Below, piece by piece: positions 14,201-27,900 of a DNA stretch of 55,902 nt. A program made the translations under genes and the position numbers. The stretch comes from Octopus bimaculoides (lineage: Eukaryota), in assembly GCF_001194135.2 (NCBI RefSeq), contig NC_069004.1:147935-203836 (forward strand), in the 5' to 3' direction. The notes under the pieces are model-generated. The model saw nothing but the letters and a program-made list of their open reading frames with translations, ran no database searches and was not told where the DNA came from. The number at the start of each line of letters is the position of its first letter. Position 1 is the stretch's first letter.

Positions 14201-15054
14201 ATAGCTTATATTTCTAGCAGTTCAAGTGGTCATCTGGAGGTTGCCTATATCAGAGGAATATTGACTGTAACATTGACAAGATTAAGCTACCACACTGTGT
14301 AGATTTCCTACTTTGTCAACAAAAGCTGTCAATTAATAACTTGTTTAATTTGTTTTATCGGTTCAGTCCTTTATATTAAACCTTATTGTGTCAAAAATTC
14401 AAAGTTCATTTTCTCTGACATAAAGTTTTATTTTCTTTGTGTTGTTGGTGTTTTTATTGTGTCATGTTGTTGTTTGTTATGTAATAGCTATCTAATCAAC
14501 ATTGTGGAGGCACAATGGCCCAGTGGTTAGGGCAGTGGACTCGCTGTCATAGGATTGCGGTTTCAATTCCCATTTCGGGCGTTGTGAGTGTTTATTGAGC
14601 GAAAACACCTAAAGCTCCACGAGGCTCCGGCAGGGGATGGTGGCGAACCCTGCTGTACTCTTTCACCACAACTTTCTCTCACTCTTACTTCCTGTTTCTG
14701 TTGTGCCTGTAATTCAAAGGGTCAGCCTTGTCACACTGTGTCACGCTGAATATCCTAGACAACTACGTGTCTGTGGAGTGCTCAGCCACTTGCACGTTAA
14801 TTTCACGAGCAGGCTGTTCCATTGATCGGATCAACTGAAACCCTCGACGGAGTGCCAGCAACAACAATCTAATCAACATTAACACGTATATAAAGTGTAT
14901 ATATAAATATATGTACTTGTGTGTGTGTGTGTGTATATATGTACATACACATACATACAAGGGTGCTGAGAAAGGACCTAGCAGATTAATTAATCATCAG
15001 AAAGATTAAGATTCATGGGAGTTGAAAACCTTGACTAATACAAAGAACAAGCTG

Positions 15055-15094
<40 letters not shown>

Positions 15095-18000
15095 GGCAAT
15101 AGATGTACTCAGCACATTGGCATCTGTGATTTACTTTAAGGAAGCAATAGTTGTAGACCAAATTCAGAGAGAAAATCAGTAGATAAAAGCAATTAAATTA
15201 AAAAGAAAAAATTTCAGATAATCAGAAAAAATAAAGTATTTAAGAAAATAGATTTATCAAAGAAATTAGTTTGGAAGCAGATTTACACTGCTTTCTTTCT
15301 TTCTTTTTTTGTATGTGATAGGAACTTCCAACCATGCCCATCCTGTGTTTTTGTGTATGGGGAACTAAATTGCCCAATGTGTGTGTGTGTGCGTAGGAGT
15401 GGCTGCATGGTAAGAAATTTGCTTCCCAACCACACGTTTCTAGGTTCAGTTCCACTGTATGGCACCTTGGAAAAGTATCTTCAGGCAGAGCAAAGCGCCT
15501 TGTGTGTGGATTTGGTAGACAGAAACTGAAAGAAGCCTACCATGCGTGTGTGTCTCTTCCCTCCCATCACTTGACAACTCGTGTTGGTGTGTTTATGTCC
15601 CTGTATCTTAGCATCTTGGCAAGAGAGATGGAATAAGTACCTAGCTTTAAAAAGTATTGGGGTTGATTCATTCAATGGAAATTGCACAAAGCGATGCCCA
15701 GCATGGCTGAATCTAATGACTGAAACAAGTAGATATATAAGCAGATGGTGTTATAAATCAATCTGTGTCCTCTTGAAGCACATCTGCTTATTGCAGTACT
15801 CCAAAATTGTATGGAAATGTTATCTTTGTTTGAAGCATGCATAAGAGTTGAAAAATACTGGAAAATATTTTTGCCAGAGTAATTATATATTAAAATAGGA
15901 GCCAGGAAAAAATTCATTTTGGTATCATTTATTCACCATTCATAAGACAGCTCCTATTGGAAATTCTTCAGACAGAGAATCACAATCTCATCTTACATGC
16001 TTCTCTTACATGTACAATTTTGTAACTCCTTTAAGCAAATGAAACGCATCTAATTGTGAATAAATAATACCCAAATCTTTTTTGCAATCTCCTCTGTGTG
16101 TGTGCCTGCCTCCATCCCTTGTGGAGACTTGGTAGTAGTGGTGGTGGCGTAAATGGGTTGTGATGATGTTTTAGTAGATAGTGGTGACAGTGATATTGAC
16201 TTAGGTGCCAGTGGTAAAGTTTCAGAAGGCGATGGTGGGTATTGTTTTAGTAGGTGATGATGTTATTGTTTAACGGAAAGGTTGTGGTGCTATTATTTTA
16301 GGTAGTGGGAGGGGTGGTGATTTTATTGTTTTACGTAGTTGTGATGGTGGTGTTAGTGTTGAGTATCCTCATTCAATTCTCCTGTAGCAGACTTGGAAGT
16401 ATTTTCTTTAATTATATGTGAGGAAGTGAAATGATTAGTAACTTCATTTATTTATTTATTTTGTTTGTTATAATGACATTGATTAACCAGTTTGTTTCCT
16501 CATTCACAGATTCAGCAATTAACATACAAAGGATGAATAAATTTTGTCTCACCTAACCTAGTGTGTCTGAAGCTAGCAGAAATATTCACACATTAAATAC
16601 TTCTCTTGATCTCTCATCCATGCATCGACACATACATGTGTGCTCACACCTTATATCTCCTTATCCTTGCAAATCTTAAGTTCATGACTTGTGACCCACA
16701 TGGAAATCTCAGTGCTACTCTATGCAGTTCTCAAGATAATATTGTCCTTCAGTGCTATCCATTTCCATAAAACATTATACTCTACAGATGTAGTAAGAAT
16801 GAAGAATACTTGGAAATATGTAGATGAGAAGATGAGAAAGTATAAGGACAGTGATTAAGAGAATAGATATACAGAAGATGTGAATTTGAGTCCCACAGGC
16901 AGCCCCTTCAACTTTTTTTCCATCCAAAGGGTTTTTTTAAATCCTTTTATCTACTTTGATTTTAGGAATATAGAGACTTTGAGAGACCTGAAATAGTTTT
17001 TAGAAAGTTGGCGACTGTATAAGTAACAGCATGTAACTACTGAGTTTGGAAGGAAAGTCAAAATTTGCTCATGGGATTGTTTTGAAAAGGAAGGTTGAGG
17101 AGAAAAACCCCTGCAATGTAACACAGTTGAAAGACATCATTCAGGATGAATGGACGTTGATTTCGTTGGTTATATGTGGAAATTTAGTTGACTCTCTGCC
17201 CATAAAACTTAATGCAGTCATTGAAAGTAAAGGTGGTCACACCAAATATTGTCCTTTAGGGGGGGACATATTTTTGTAATGTTTGAAAATTAATATTTCA
17301 TTCATATCTTTAAAAATGTTTATTGTTTTGTATTCCAAATTTATATGCTGTTTGCATGTATAATATATTTATATTTTATTCAGTTTAGATTTTGTTTGAT
17401 TTCCTTTGATATCATCACAGTAAAAGCAATTTTACTGAAATTTTTTAGGGGTGTACATACTTCTGTGAGAGAATATATATATAAATAAAATGTACACAGC
17501 AGCAGCCTTTCTGTTTCTGTCTACCAAATTCAGTCACAAGGCATTGGTTGGTCTGGGGCTATAGTAGATGACACTTGTCCAATGTGCAATGCAGTGGGAC
17601 TGAACCTGAAACCATATGGTTGCAAAACAAACTTCTTAACTGTACATCCACATCTGAAGGAGGACGAGGAGGAGCAATTATTCTTGGGCTTCTTTATAGT
17701 CTCAACTCTCTCTCTCTTTCTCTCTCTCTCTCTGCTGAATGCGATCTAATATACACAGTGATTCTTCTTGTTGGACAATGCTTACTGTGGTTATCAGGAT
17801 TGATTCTACTATGTTTAGACTGTTAGACAAGCTTTCAGCTTCAGTGGAATCCCTTATTGATTTCCATATTTTTATAGAACATACATTCAAGGTGTAAAGA
17901 GTTTTTTTGTTTTTTTTTTTGATAAACCATTTTTTAAAATTTTCTTTTATACGATCATTCATTTATTGTTAATATTGGTCCATTCTTTGAATTGTGGCTA

Positions 18001-21000
18001 AGCCAGAATCATCGGATCTTTTTTAAAATGGGGGCCACATTTTTCATTAATGTTTTACGTAGTGTTTTTGGTACCGAAAGACTTTCAAACTTCGTATACT
18101 TATCTATTTTGTGTTATAGAACAGAAAAATATTTTTGTATTCGAATTTATTTCATGTAAAAAATTGTCTTATTTCGATAATTTCAACCAATCACTGACAA
18201 GTATTCAGTTGTTTACATTTACTCCTTTGGCTGATTAAGCGATGTAAAGCGTATTTAATCTCCATACCTTCGTTTTATTTGCTTTTTTCATTTTAAATTT
18301 GCTTTAACCCTAACCCTAACCCTAACCCTAACGTTAGGGTTAGGGTTAGGGTTAGAGTTAGGGTTAGGGTTAATTGTTTCAGAATCGTTTGTTTATGTAG
18401 TCGGCACTTAATGTATATCGGCTGAATGGACGTCAGTGATTGGTTGAAATTACAGAAATGCGACAACTTTAACATGGAATAATTTATGGATTTCTTTTTT
18501 TTTTTAAGAAGACTAAGAGAAAAAGATGTTTTATATGACACATTCTACTAGAGTTCCAAGTTTCAAAGTGTTTCGTTAATGAAAAATGTGGCCCCCGTTT
18601 TAAAAAAGATCCGAATCAACATCATCATTGTTATTATAACATCTGTGTGTGTGTGTTCCTTCTTGCAACAAGTGGCTGCAAAGAATCCAAAATGACACAA
18701 TTAAGATGACAGCAGGCGTCAACAAGATCAGTGATGAAATAAGACACAGACACTAGAATGGGATCAGACAAGATCAAGAAACGATGACAGCATTTTACAA
18801 ACAATAAATTTTTAAGTGAAGTTAATGGCTTTTGTGTTTCTGAACAACTGATTTGTATCTTCCACACTGCAGTGGATTTAGTGTCAATACAGGACCTTGG
18901 CTCAAAACACTTACCATACAAACACATTACTGTAACTTTTTAATGTTCTATGTGCTAATTTTTAATGCTGACCTGTAAATCTTCTTTTTTTTTTTTTTTT
19001 TTCAGCAATGTTTTGATTGTGGCAGTAACAATCCTACATGGGCCAGTGTAACATATGGAGTATTCCTGTGTATAGATTGTTCAGCAGTTCACAGATCCCT
19101 TGGAGTCCATGTTAGCTTTATCCGGTCTTCCCAGCTTGATACCAACTGGACATGGTTGCAACTGCGTACCATGCAGGTTGGAGGTAATGGAAATGCGGTG
19201 AGTTGGAGTTTCCATTTTTAGTAATAATTTATGAAGATTGATGTCTCTCTTCACAAAGGTAAATAAGCAACGAGAAGAGGGTGATGGGATTGGTTCAGAA
19301 ATTAAATAACACTCACATATTCAGTAACAATAATAAATTTAATTCATCCTCGACAAGTTTTAGTTTTGCTAATTTTTAATATATCACTCCTGTTTAAAAC
19401 CTCTTACCTACTTGATGATTGCATTTCTAGCTCTGCCTTGAAAGAAGCTTTACTTCTTGGATTCATGATTTTGTGCGCTACAATGTTGTTGTTAAACCTC
19501 CGTTAACAGCACTGTATGTAGGTCCTTTCTGTTCTCTTTCACGCATGGAGAAATTTTTCATTACAAACTTTAATGGTCATAAAGACACTATATCAGTGGA
19601 TAGGCCAAAAAAGGCCTTCATAGAGAAAACTGTCCCTGTTTCCACTGCAGACGACACACATACAGCATTACAAACATGGCCCACACACCCTCATTTACAT
19701 TCCATGGCTGTCATTGGGATTGATCAGGTACCAGACAAGGATTCTGGATTATTTTTCCGTTTTTTTTTTATTTAATCTTTGACAGCAGTCGGGTTCATTT
19801 TCATTATTCTCGTTTGTGTGAGCAGTTGAGTTTATTTCAGATATTCTCATTTTAAAAATTATCTCTGGTTAATCTTTGAGAGGACATTGGTGTTGCCTTG
19901 GCAGAGGCTTGCGCTCTTTATGTGCTCTTGTTAATATTATTAAAGAGAGCAATGAGCTGACAGAATCATTAGCACATCAGACAAAATGCTTAATGGCATT
20001 TCCACTGAGGTCAGCTTTGCCTTTCATCCATCTCAGGTTGATAAAATTAAGTACTGGCCAAGTGCTGGCATCAGTGTAATGAACTAATTTCCTCCACTCT
20101 AAATTGCTGGCCTTTTGCCTAAAGTAGAAGCCGTGCATGTTCTAATTCTAATTTTGTGAAGGTAAATGATAAAAGGAAGACACAGAGGGGCTGGTGGATC
20201 TGGTTGGCTCTGTGCATGAGGACACGTCTGGGACCGCTAACTTGGAATGACCCCCAGCCTCACCAAGCAAGAGCATGAAACCAAGAAGCCAAATGATAAA
20301 CACTGAACACCGGAAAAGACTAACGTGTTCAGTAACAATACTAAAACCCCATATCTGTTGCTTGCCAACTGACTACATTTTCATTTGATCCCATAAAGTG
20401 CCTTCTTTTTCATCTTTTTATGTTATATACTATGCATTGTTTCTGTGATTTGATTTCCACAAAATAATTCATCAGTCACTTAATTCTGGCGGGATAGGTT
20501 ATACTACTCATATCCAGTCAGCTTAGTGAGGTGCCCTGTCTTTCTGCCTGATGTTTGCAGTGTGAGTTAGGCGAGATTTTACTGCTATTTCTAACTAGTC
20601 ATATGTGCAGCCACATACATACTCCCACATTGGTTTGTGTCTGCAGTGTTTATGCACAGCAGCTGCAGGCACCAAAAGACCCGGCAAGCCAAGTGAGACC
20701 ATGACCTGTGGCCTATGCCAGTGGTGTATAACCAGTCCACTTATGAGTACCCTTCATTCATTGGACAATAAACTTTGCTTGCGAAGACCTGTTGAGGCAA
20801 GTGAAACCAAAATCGCTGACGTGGCCAATGACAGTACCGCCTGATTGACACGTAAAAAGCACCATCCGACCGTGATTGCTGCCAGATCCGCTGACTGGCA
20901 CATGTGCTGGTGGCACGTGAAAAGCAACATTCGAGTGTGGTCGTTTCCAGTGCTGCCTGATTGGCCCTCATGCCAGTGGCACATAAAAGCACCCCTACGC

Positions 21001-24000
21001 TCTCGGAGTGGCTGGCGTTAGGAAGGGCATCCCACTGTAGAAACTTTGCCAGATCAGATTGGAGCCTGGTGCAGCCTTCTGGTTCGCTAGTCTTCAGTCA
21101 AACAGTCCAACCCATGCCATCATGGAAAGCAGATGTTAAATGACGATGATGATGATGATGAAACTCATGAAATGCCATTTAGGTCCTTGACACTTACCAT
21201 ACGTCCTCTGTTGGGAAGATTGTGAGAAAACAATATTTTGGAAGATTTATTTATTTGTTTGTTTATTTTGACAGATCAGTTTCTTTCGGCAACATGGCTG
21301 CACTACCAATGACACCCAGCAGAAGTACCACAGCCGTGCTGCCAATCTCTACAGGGAACGTTTGCTCACTCAGGCTCAAAACATGATGAAACTTCATAAA
21401 AGCAAGGTAATATTTTCTTGATCCTCCATCCTTATTTTCCAGGTTTTTTTTTGTTTTAATTAAACAGTCAGTGGGTTGACAAAATTGACTGCTTTCATTG
21501 AATTCTTTATTCTAAGTGGCAAGACTGTTCCTATGAACTTATCACACTTAAGAATAAGTGTGTGGGTATATATATGCTTGTGTATATTTTGTGTGTTTAT
21601 GTAATATATATATATATATATATTTATGACAATACATATTTACATATACACCCATACATATAACTAGTTCATCTAAACAACAGCTGTTCTGTGTATCAAA
21701 CAAGAATCAATACTGGAACCTTTATCTTTACCTTTTGTGTTCTTTTTGACAAATGTTAAATATCTCTGGTCATGAAATTGACAATCAATAGACTCAATTG
21801 TTGGAGTCCTGTTGATAAAGCTGTTCTTTTATTTCAAGTTGGTGCTTATAAACATCAAGTGAAAACCTGACCCAGACTGCACACCAAATGATCCGGTCGT
21901 AGTATTAAACTTAGCAATGGATTGGGTTTACCACACCAAATATTTTGTCCTTGTGTTTTGGGAGATGAGGAGGAGGAGGATTTGGGTTTTTCTATACCGA
22001 GAGATGAGAAGTGTAGGTAGGAGGTGAGAGCAGTTGTGACTAACCTATGATGTAATGAGCACCAATGAATTGAGGAACCAAAATTAAGGAGTATGAGGTA
22101 GTGCAGCCTCGCTTTTTATAGAATATTGAGCTGAGTAAATTGTTGGTAGATTCCAACAATTGTAAAGATTGAAACAAAGTTACTTGTAAGCCTGCTATTA
22201 TTGATTAGACAAAATGTTGTTACTGTTTAACCTTCGATTAATGGGGTCGGGTTCATTAGTTTTGTGCTAGTTTATATAAATAACAATGTAATTACATTTG
22301 TATTTCTTAGCTGCACCTGGATAATACTAGCCATATGGAGGAGGAACCAACACCACCAAAAGAAGTTGATTTCTTTGAGGAAGTTTCTGACAATATTTTG
22401 CTGTGCAACAACAGCACAAATGGTATTACAGACAGCTCGAAAGCCTTTTCAGAAACACTCATCCACAACAACAACAATGTCAAACTCTCAGCAACAAAAC
22501 TTGATACAGACACCAGTAAGTTTCATTTTTTACTCATATTTTTTGGGTTTATTTTTTCTTTTGTTATTTTTTTCCCTTTTACTTTTCTTTTGTCCCAAAG
22601 GAAGCAGGGTACCCCTGGCCATTTCAGGTACCCTCCTAGATAGGTAAGATTAGTACCGTTAATGTTCCTAAGGCAGCAAGTGCAGGCAGAACTGTTTGCA
22701 CACTTAGCAGTATTTTGTTCATCTTTACATTCTGAGTTCAAATCTCACCAAGTTCATCCTTTCAGGGTTAATAAAATCAGTTGAGCACGGGGATGAATGG
22801 AATCAGCACAACTCCTCTCTGTATATTATGAGTATAAAAACTGCATCCTTCTGCCTAGCCATCATGTCATGCTATCGTGCCAGATTCGGCTCATCAAACC
22901 AATATGATGATCTCAAGAGAAGATGCTGAGGCATTTGTCCTGCACTGGACTGAATAGGGTCAATCCAATCCAATCCAATGATCCTCTTGAATATTTGCAA
23001 GTCAGCACCTGTGGAGAAAGAGACATGAGCAAGGATTGAATTTCAGGGCACCAAGGCCACTTTACTGTCTCCTGTCTCACCCCAACCTCCCAAAAATCCC
23101 ACATTAAATGTCTACTTACCTTCCACCTCTCCCCCAATCCTTTCTTTTACACTTCAGTCCTCTGAACTCCCCCCACCCCCAATTTTTCCTACAGAAATTT
23201 CGAACTGAACGTTCACCCATCCGTCCTTCTTCTCTGTCCTGTAATTCCTGGGAGAGTCATGGAAGTATAATCCTCAGGTCCCCCCTCTTTCGGGTCCCAT
23301 TGGAACAACTGTCATTACACTTTCCTGCTGCATTCCCAAGCACAACCAATTCAGATTATGGATATTATTCAACCATCACACTCTGGGTCTTCCCCCTACA
23401 TCTCCTGTAGTTCTGCATACACTAATCTGAAAGAAAAGCTAGGAGGATCACAACTGCAACGGATTTAATCATGGATTTACTTCATTGGAGTTGACTAAGA
23501 GATAAACTTATTGTATATTAATACTAAAATCTTATCTGATCAGAGGATGTTTGATTTGTGTTTATTTATTTTTAGATGTTGCTGAAGGTCCGAATGTGGA
23601 TATTGCCTTAAGTTTATCATCAAACCAAACAGAACCCAGAAAATCTGTGTTAACCGCGAAAAAAACTAGTACTTCCAAGAAAGGGGTATGTCTTCATTTC
23701 ATTCTCAACTCAATTCATTTCAGTTGTTGCTAGAAATCATTATTTTGTAATTAGAAATTATTCTTTTTATCTCAGGTTTTGGTAGTAACTCTTGGAGTTT
23801 TGCATGCATAGCGGGGCTTGCTACCTGCAGCCTTACCATGCTATCTGTTCTTTTTAACTCTCTTTAATACTTTCCTGATTATTCTGTCTGAGCCATGGAG
23901 GTTAAACTTTTGTAACAATTCTACTGGACACTCGATTCCAATTTCCTTCATGATGCCTTTTGATACTATCCCCAACAACCCAATAATAACTAGCACTATC

Positions 24001-24923
24001 TCCACCTTAGTAGTAGTAGTAGTAGTAATAGTAGTAGTAGTGTTAAGGCAGCGAGCTGGCAGAATTTGAACTTAGCACAACATAAAGATTGACAAAATTC
24101 CACAAAGGTTGGTGTTTGTCTTTCATTTTCCAGGATTGGTACAGTAAGTACCAGTCATGTACTGGGTCCATGTAATTGACCCCCCCCCCTCAAAAATTGC
24201 CAGCCTTGTGCCAAAGTTTGAAACCATTGTTGTTGTTGTTGTTGAGGTGGCAAGCTGTCAGAACCAGAAAATATGTGGCAGTATTTCATATGTCTTTACA
24301 TTCTGAGCTCAGGTTCTGCTGAGGTTATCTTTGCCTTTCATCCATTTGGGGTCAATAAAATGACTGCCTGTTGAGCACCAGGGTCGATGTAATTGACTAT
24401 GCCTTGTCCCTGAAATTGCAGGCCTTGTGCCAAAATTTGAAACCATCATTATTATTTAGACTTGATGCATAATGATGCATCCACATATCACAAACTGTTT
24501 TAGTCTATCGACCACAGTACTTTTTTTTTGTCTCAAAGTCTCATGCTTACTTTATCAGTCTTTATTTGTTGAATCACTAAGTTATAGGAAATAAGCAAAT
24601 TATGAGACAAAACAGATCATTTCCCAAGTAGTATCAACAAAAACACACATGCACACCATCATCGTCATCATCATCATCATCATCTAAAGTCTATTTTCCA
24701 TGTTGGCATGGGTTGGACGGCTTGACGGCTGGCTTGGCAGAAGGCTGCACCAGGCTTCACTGTCTGTTTTGGCAGGGTTCTTACAGCTAGATGTCCTTTC
24801 TGACACCAAGCAGCTTACAGAGTGGACTGAGTGCTCTTTATGTGGCACCAGCACAAGTGAAGCCAGTTTTGGCATGAATTTTTACAGCTGGATGCCCTTC
24901 CAAACACAAACCACTTAACAGTG

Positions 24924-24959
<36 letters not shown>

Positions 24960-27900
24960 NNNNNNNNNNNNNNNNNNNNNNNNNNNNNNNNNNNNNNNNN
25001 NNNNNNNNNNNNNNNNNNNNNNNNNNNNNNNNNNNNNATATATATATATATATAAATGAACTTCCACACATTGATCCACCTGTCAATTTCACTTTCAAAG
25101 CTCTACACAATAAGGCCAAACCTGAAATTGTGTGATGACTATTTAACCACACAACCAAGCTTGAATTTCTTCTTTTTTTACTTCTAATATAAGCTTTTGT
25201 CATGATTGTTGCAGATCCTTGTGGTTGTATTCAGTTGAGAAATCTGTCTGTCAATGCCCAGAGGAAATATTTTTCTGCTGAGAGTGAATCCCAGGCAGCA
25301 CACCTCTAGCTCCAGGGTATTCTCTCCTTTTTCCCCCCAACAGTCCCAGAAACTTAATTAATGGTTTATTAAAATGAATTACCTTAACTAATTTATCTCA
25401 ATGGAATCTAAATATCTCTTTTGTTGTAGAAAGGTGGCCTTGGAGCACAAAGAGTGAAGACAAATTTTACAGAGATTGAATCTCGTGCACAGCGTATGGA
25501 TAAAGAAAAAGAAGACCTGGAGGCTTTGAGGAATATGGAACAAGTGAGGAATAAAGCTGAAGAAGAAAGGCAAATGTAAGGCTTATTTGAGAGGCATTCT
25601 TCTCTTCTTTGAGGACTCCTTGTGTTTTCTCTTGGTAGCTGGTGCATTAGTATGAAGAGTAAGGAGCTGAAATACTTGGACACCTGCTCTTAACGCTTTT
25701 GAGACCAACCTGTCTGAGACCACCCCTGGTTCTATAATACAAACTTCTAGTTTTAAAACCTTCCATCAAAATTTCATGTTAGTTTGTGGTCCAAACGCCA
25801 GCTTTTTTCTTTTTCTTTTTTTTATTGATAAATCCTTCTGTAGTTTGAAATTAGCTGAAACAAAGCAGTGTATTTCAAATGAAATATGGTGACAAAAGGG
25901 TTCATGGTTTCCCAAACCTATTGCCATATTTACTCAGCCCTGAAGGGATTTTTGTTTTTTTATCAGTGACAGGATTTTTGCAGATGCACCCAGATTGGGG
26001 AAAAAAGTGATGCAGTTGATATTTATAGGGTGGCAAAGTGTGGATTGGAAGGAAGTTTTTCAGTGGATTATTATTGTGGAGTTTGACTGATGGATAAAAT
26101 GCTAGGAAAGTGGTTGTTGAGAAGAGAGATAGTAAAAATGATGGGAGGAGGAGGAGGAGGAGAGTCTAGTAAGGGAGGATTTAGTGAGCCAAGATATGTC
26201 TGTTGAATCTTATCCTCCTCTACAGTACAGCATCATATGAGACTGCATCAGTGAATCCAATCCCGAAACATGGTATTACACAAATCATACTCACCTCCTT
26301 TACATTCATTTCAACCCTTTAGCATTCGGATACTCTGTCGAATGGGATGTGTATTTATTTATTATTCATTATAATTATTTTGTAGATCCGAGTTTTCAAT
26401 GATGTGGTTGTTTCTTTTTAGAATGTCATTGTAGGGTAGGTGTGACAGGATGAACCTGACTAGTTTGAACATAAAATAAGCTATTTGAGCCAGCTATGGT
26501 TAGTTGAAATGCTAAAGGGTTAAAAAAAAATGAGCAAATCTTTTATTCGAGGGAAGGGGAGAAAACTCAAATTCTTTCCTGTTTTGTAATGAATTCATTT
26601 CAAGGCTGTTTTGATTTAGAAAATTTTCAACATAATATTAAAGAATTCATTAAAATTCCACTGCTAGTGAAGATGGAAAAAAGAATCAAGAAAGACATGA
26701 GTGACCAACTCAGAATTTAAATTACTTAAAAATAGAATGCAGGGGGGGNNNNNNNNNNNNNNNNNNNNNNNNNNNNNNNNNNNNNNNNNNNNNNNNNNNN
26801 NNNNNNNNNNNNNNNNNNNNNNNNNNNNNNNNNNNNNNNNNNNNNNNNNNNNNNNNNNNNNNNNNNNNNNNNNNNNNNNNNNNNNNNNNNNNNNNNNNNN
26901 NNNNNNNNNNNNNNNNNNNNNNNNNNNNNNNNNNNNNNNNNNNNNNNNNNNNNNNNNNNNNNNNNNNNNNNNNNNNNNNNNNNNNNNNNNNNNNNNNNNN
27001 NNNNNNNNNNNNNNNNNNNNNNNNNNNNNNNNNNNNNNNNNNNNNNNNNNNNNNNNNNNNNNNNNNNNNNNNNNNNNNNNNNNNNNNNNNNNNNNNNNNN
27101 NNNNNNNNNNNNNNNNNNNNNNNNNNNNNNNNNNNNNNNNNNNNNNNNNNNNNNNNNNNNNNNNNNNNNNNNNNNNNNNNNNNNNNNNNNNNNNNNNNNN
27201 NNNNNNNNNNNNNNNNNNNNNNNNNNNNNNNNNNNNNNNNNNNNNNNNNNNNNNNNNNNNNNNNNNNNNNNNNNNNNNNNNNNNNNNNNNNNNNGAATAT
27301 TTAGCTGTAGATTCGAGTTTTCAATGAATATTTAGCTGAAGATCAGAATAGAGTATTCTTTACTCTTAACTGTGAAACGATCGTACTAAATTAACTAAAG
27401 GCAGGTGGTTTTTTTACTCTTCTCTACTGTTTTTTGTTCTGTGTGTATCAAAAATATCGCTATCAATCTGGAGTAATAATTTGTAGTTTTGAAATCAGTA
27501 GTTCTTTGACTGCTATTTCTGAATTCTCAGTATGTTGGAGAAGCAGGTTACTGTCAATCCCTATATATTTATGATTATAAATGTTTTTTACCGAAAAGGT
27601 TTTTTCATACTGAGCTACCCGGCAAAATTGTTAATTATTAATTTTATTACTAATTGACGATTCCCTGCCCTGCATATCTATATATACACATAGATATATG
27701 TATGTATATATATATATTTTCTATTAATGTGTGTCAGTCAACTCTTTCTATTTTTTAAATAACACTGTTTTCTTGTTCTCTCCAATTCAGTGCCTCGATG
27801 AAATTAGCATATCAAGATATGAAATTAGAAAGGAAGAAAGAAGAGGAAAAATTAAAATCCTCTGACCCCCAAAAAGCAGCTCAACTGGAACGGCTTGGGA

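Noticed and set aside
14506-14580. tRNA gene
   Set aside because: A and B boxes are present, but the sequence continues into a SINE body with a (CAA)n tail and I could not fold a proper cloverleaf; the same applies to the family A and B heads.
18305-18372. Ancient chromosome end-to-end fusion site
   Set aside because: Orientation is (CCCTAA)n then (TTAGGG)n, the reverse of a fusion; the tract is short and enclosed by transposon TIRs within an intron.
22900-22960. Box C/D snoRNA (ATGATGA ... CTGA ... CTGA) in intron 4
   Set aside because: Only about 50 nt between boxes, no convincing terminal stem or C' box, and no recognisable rRNA antisense element.
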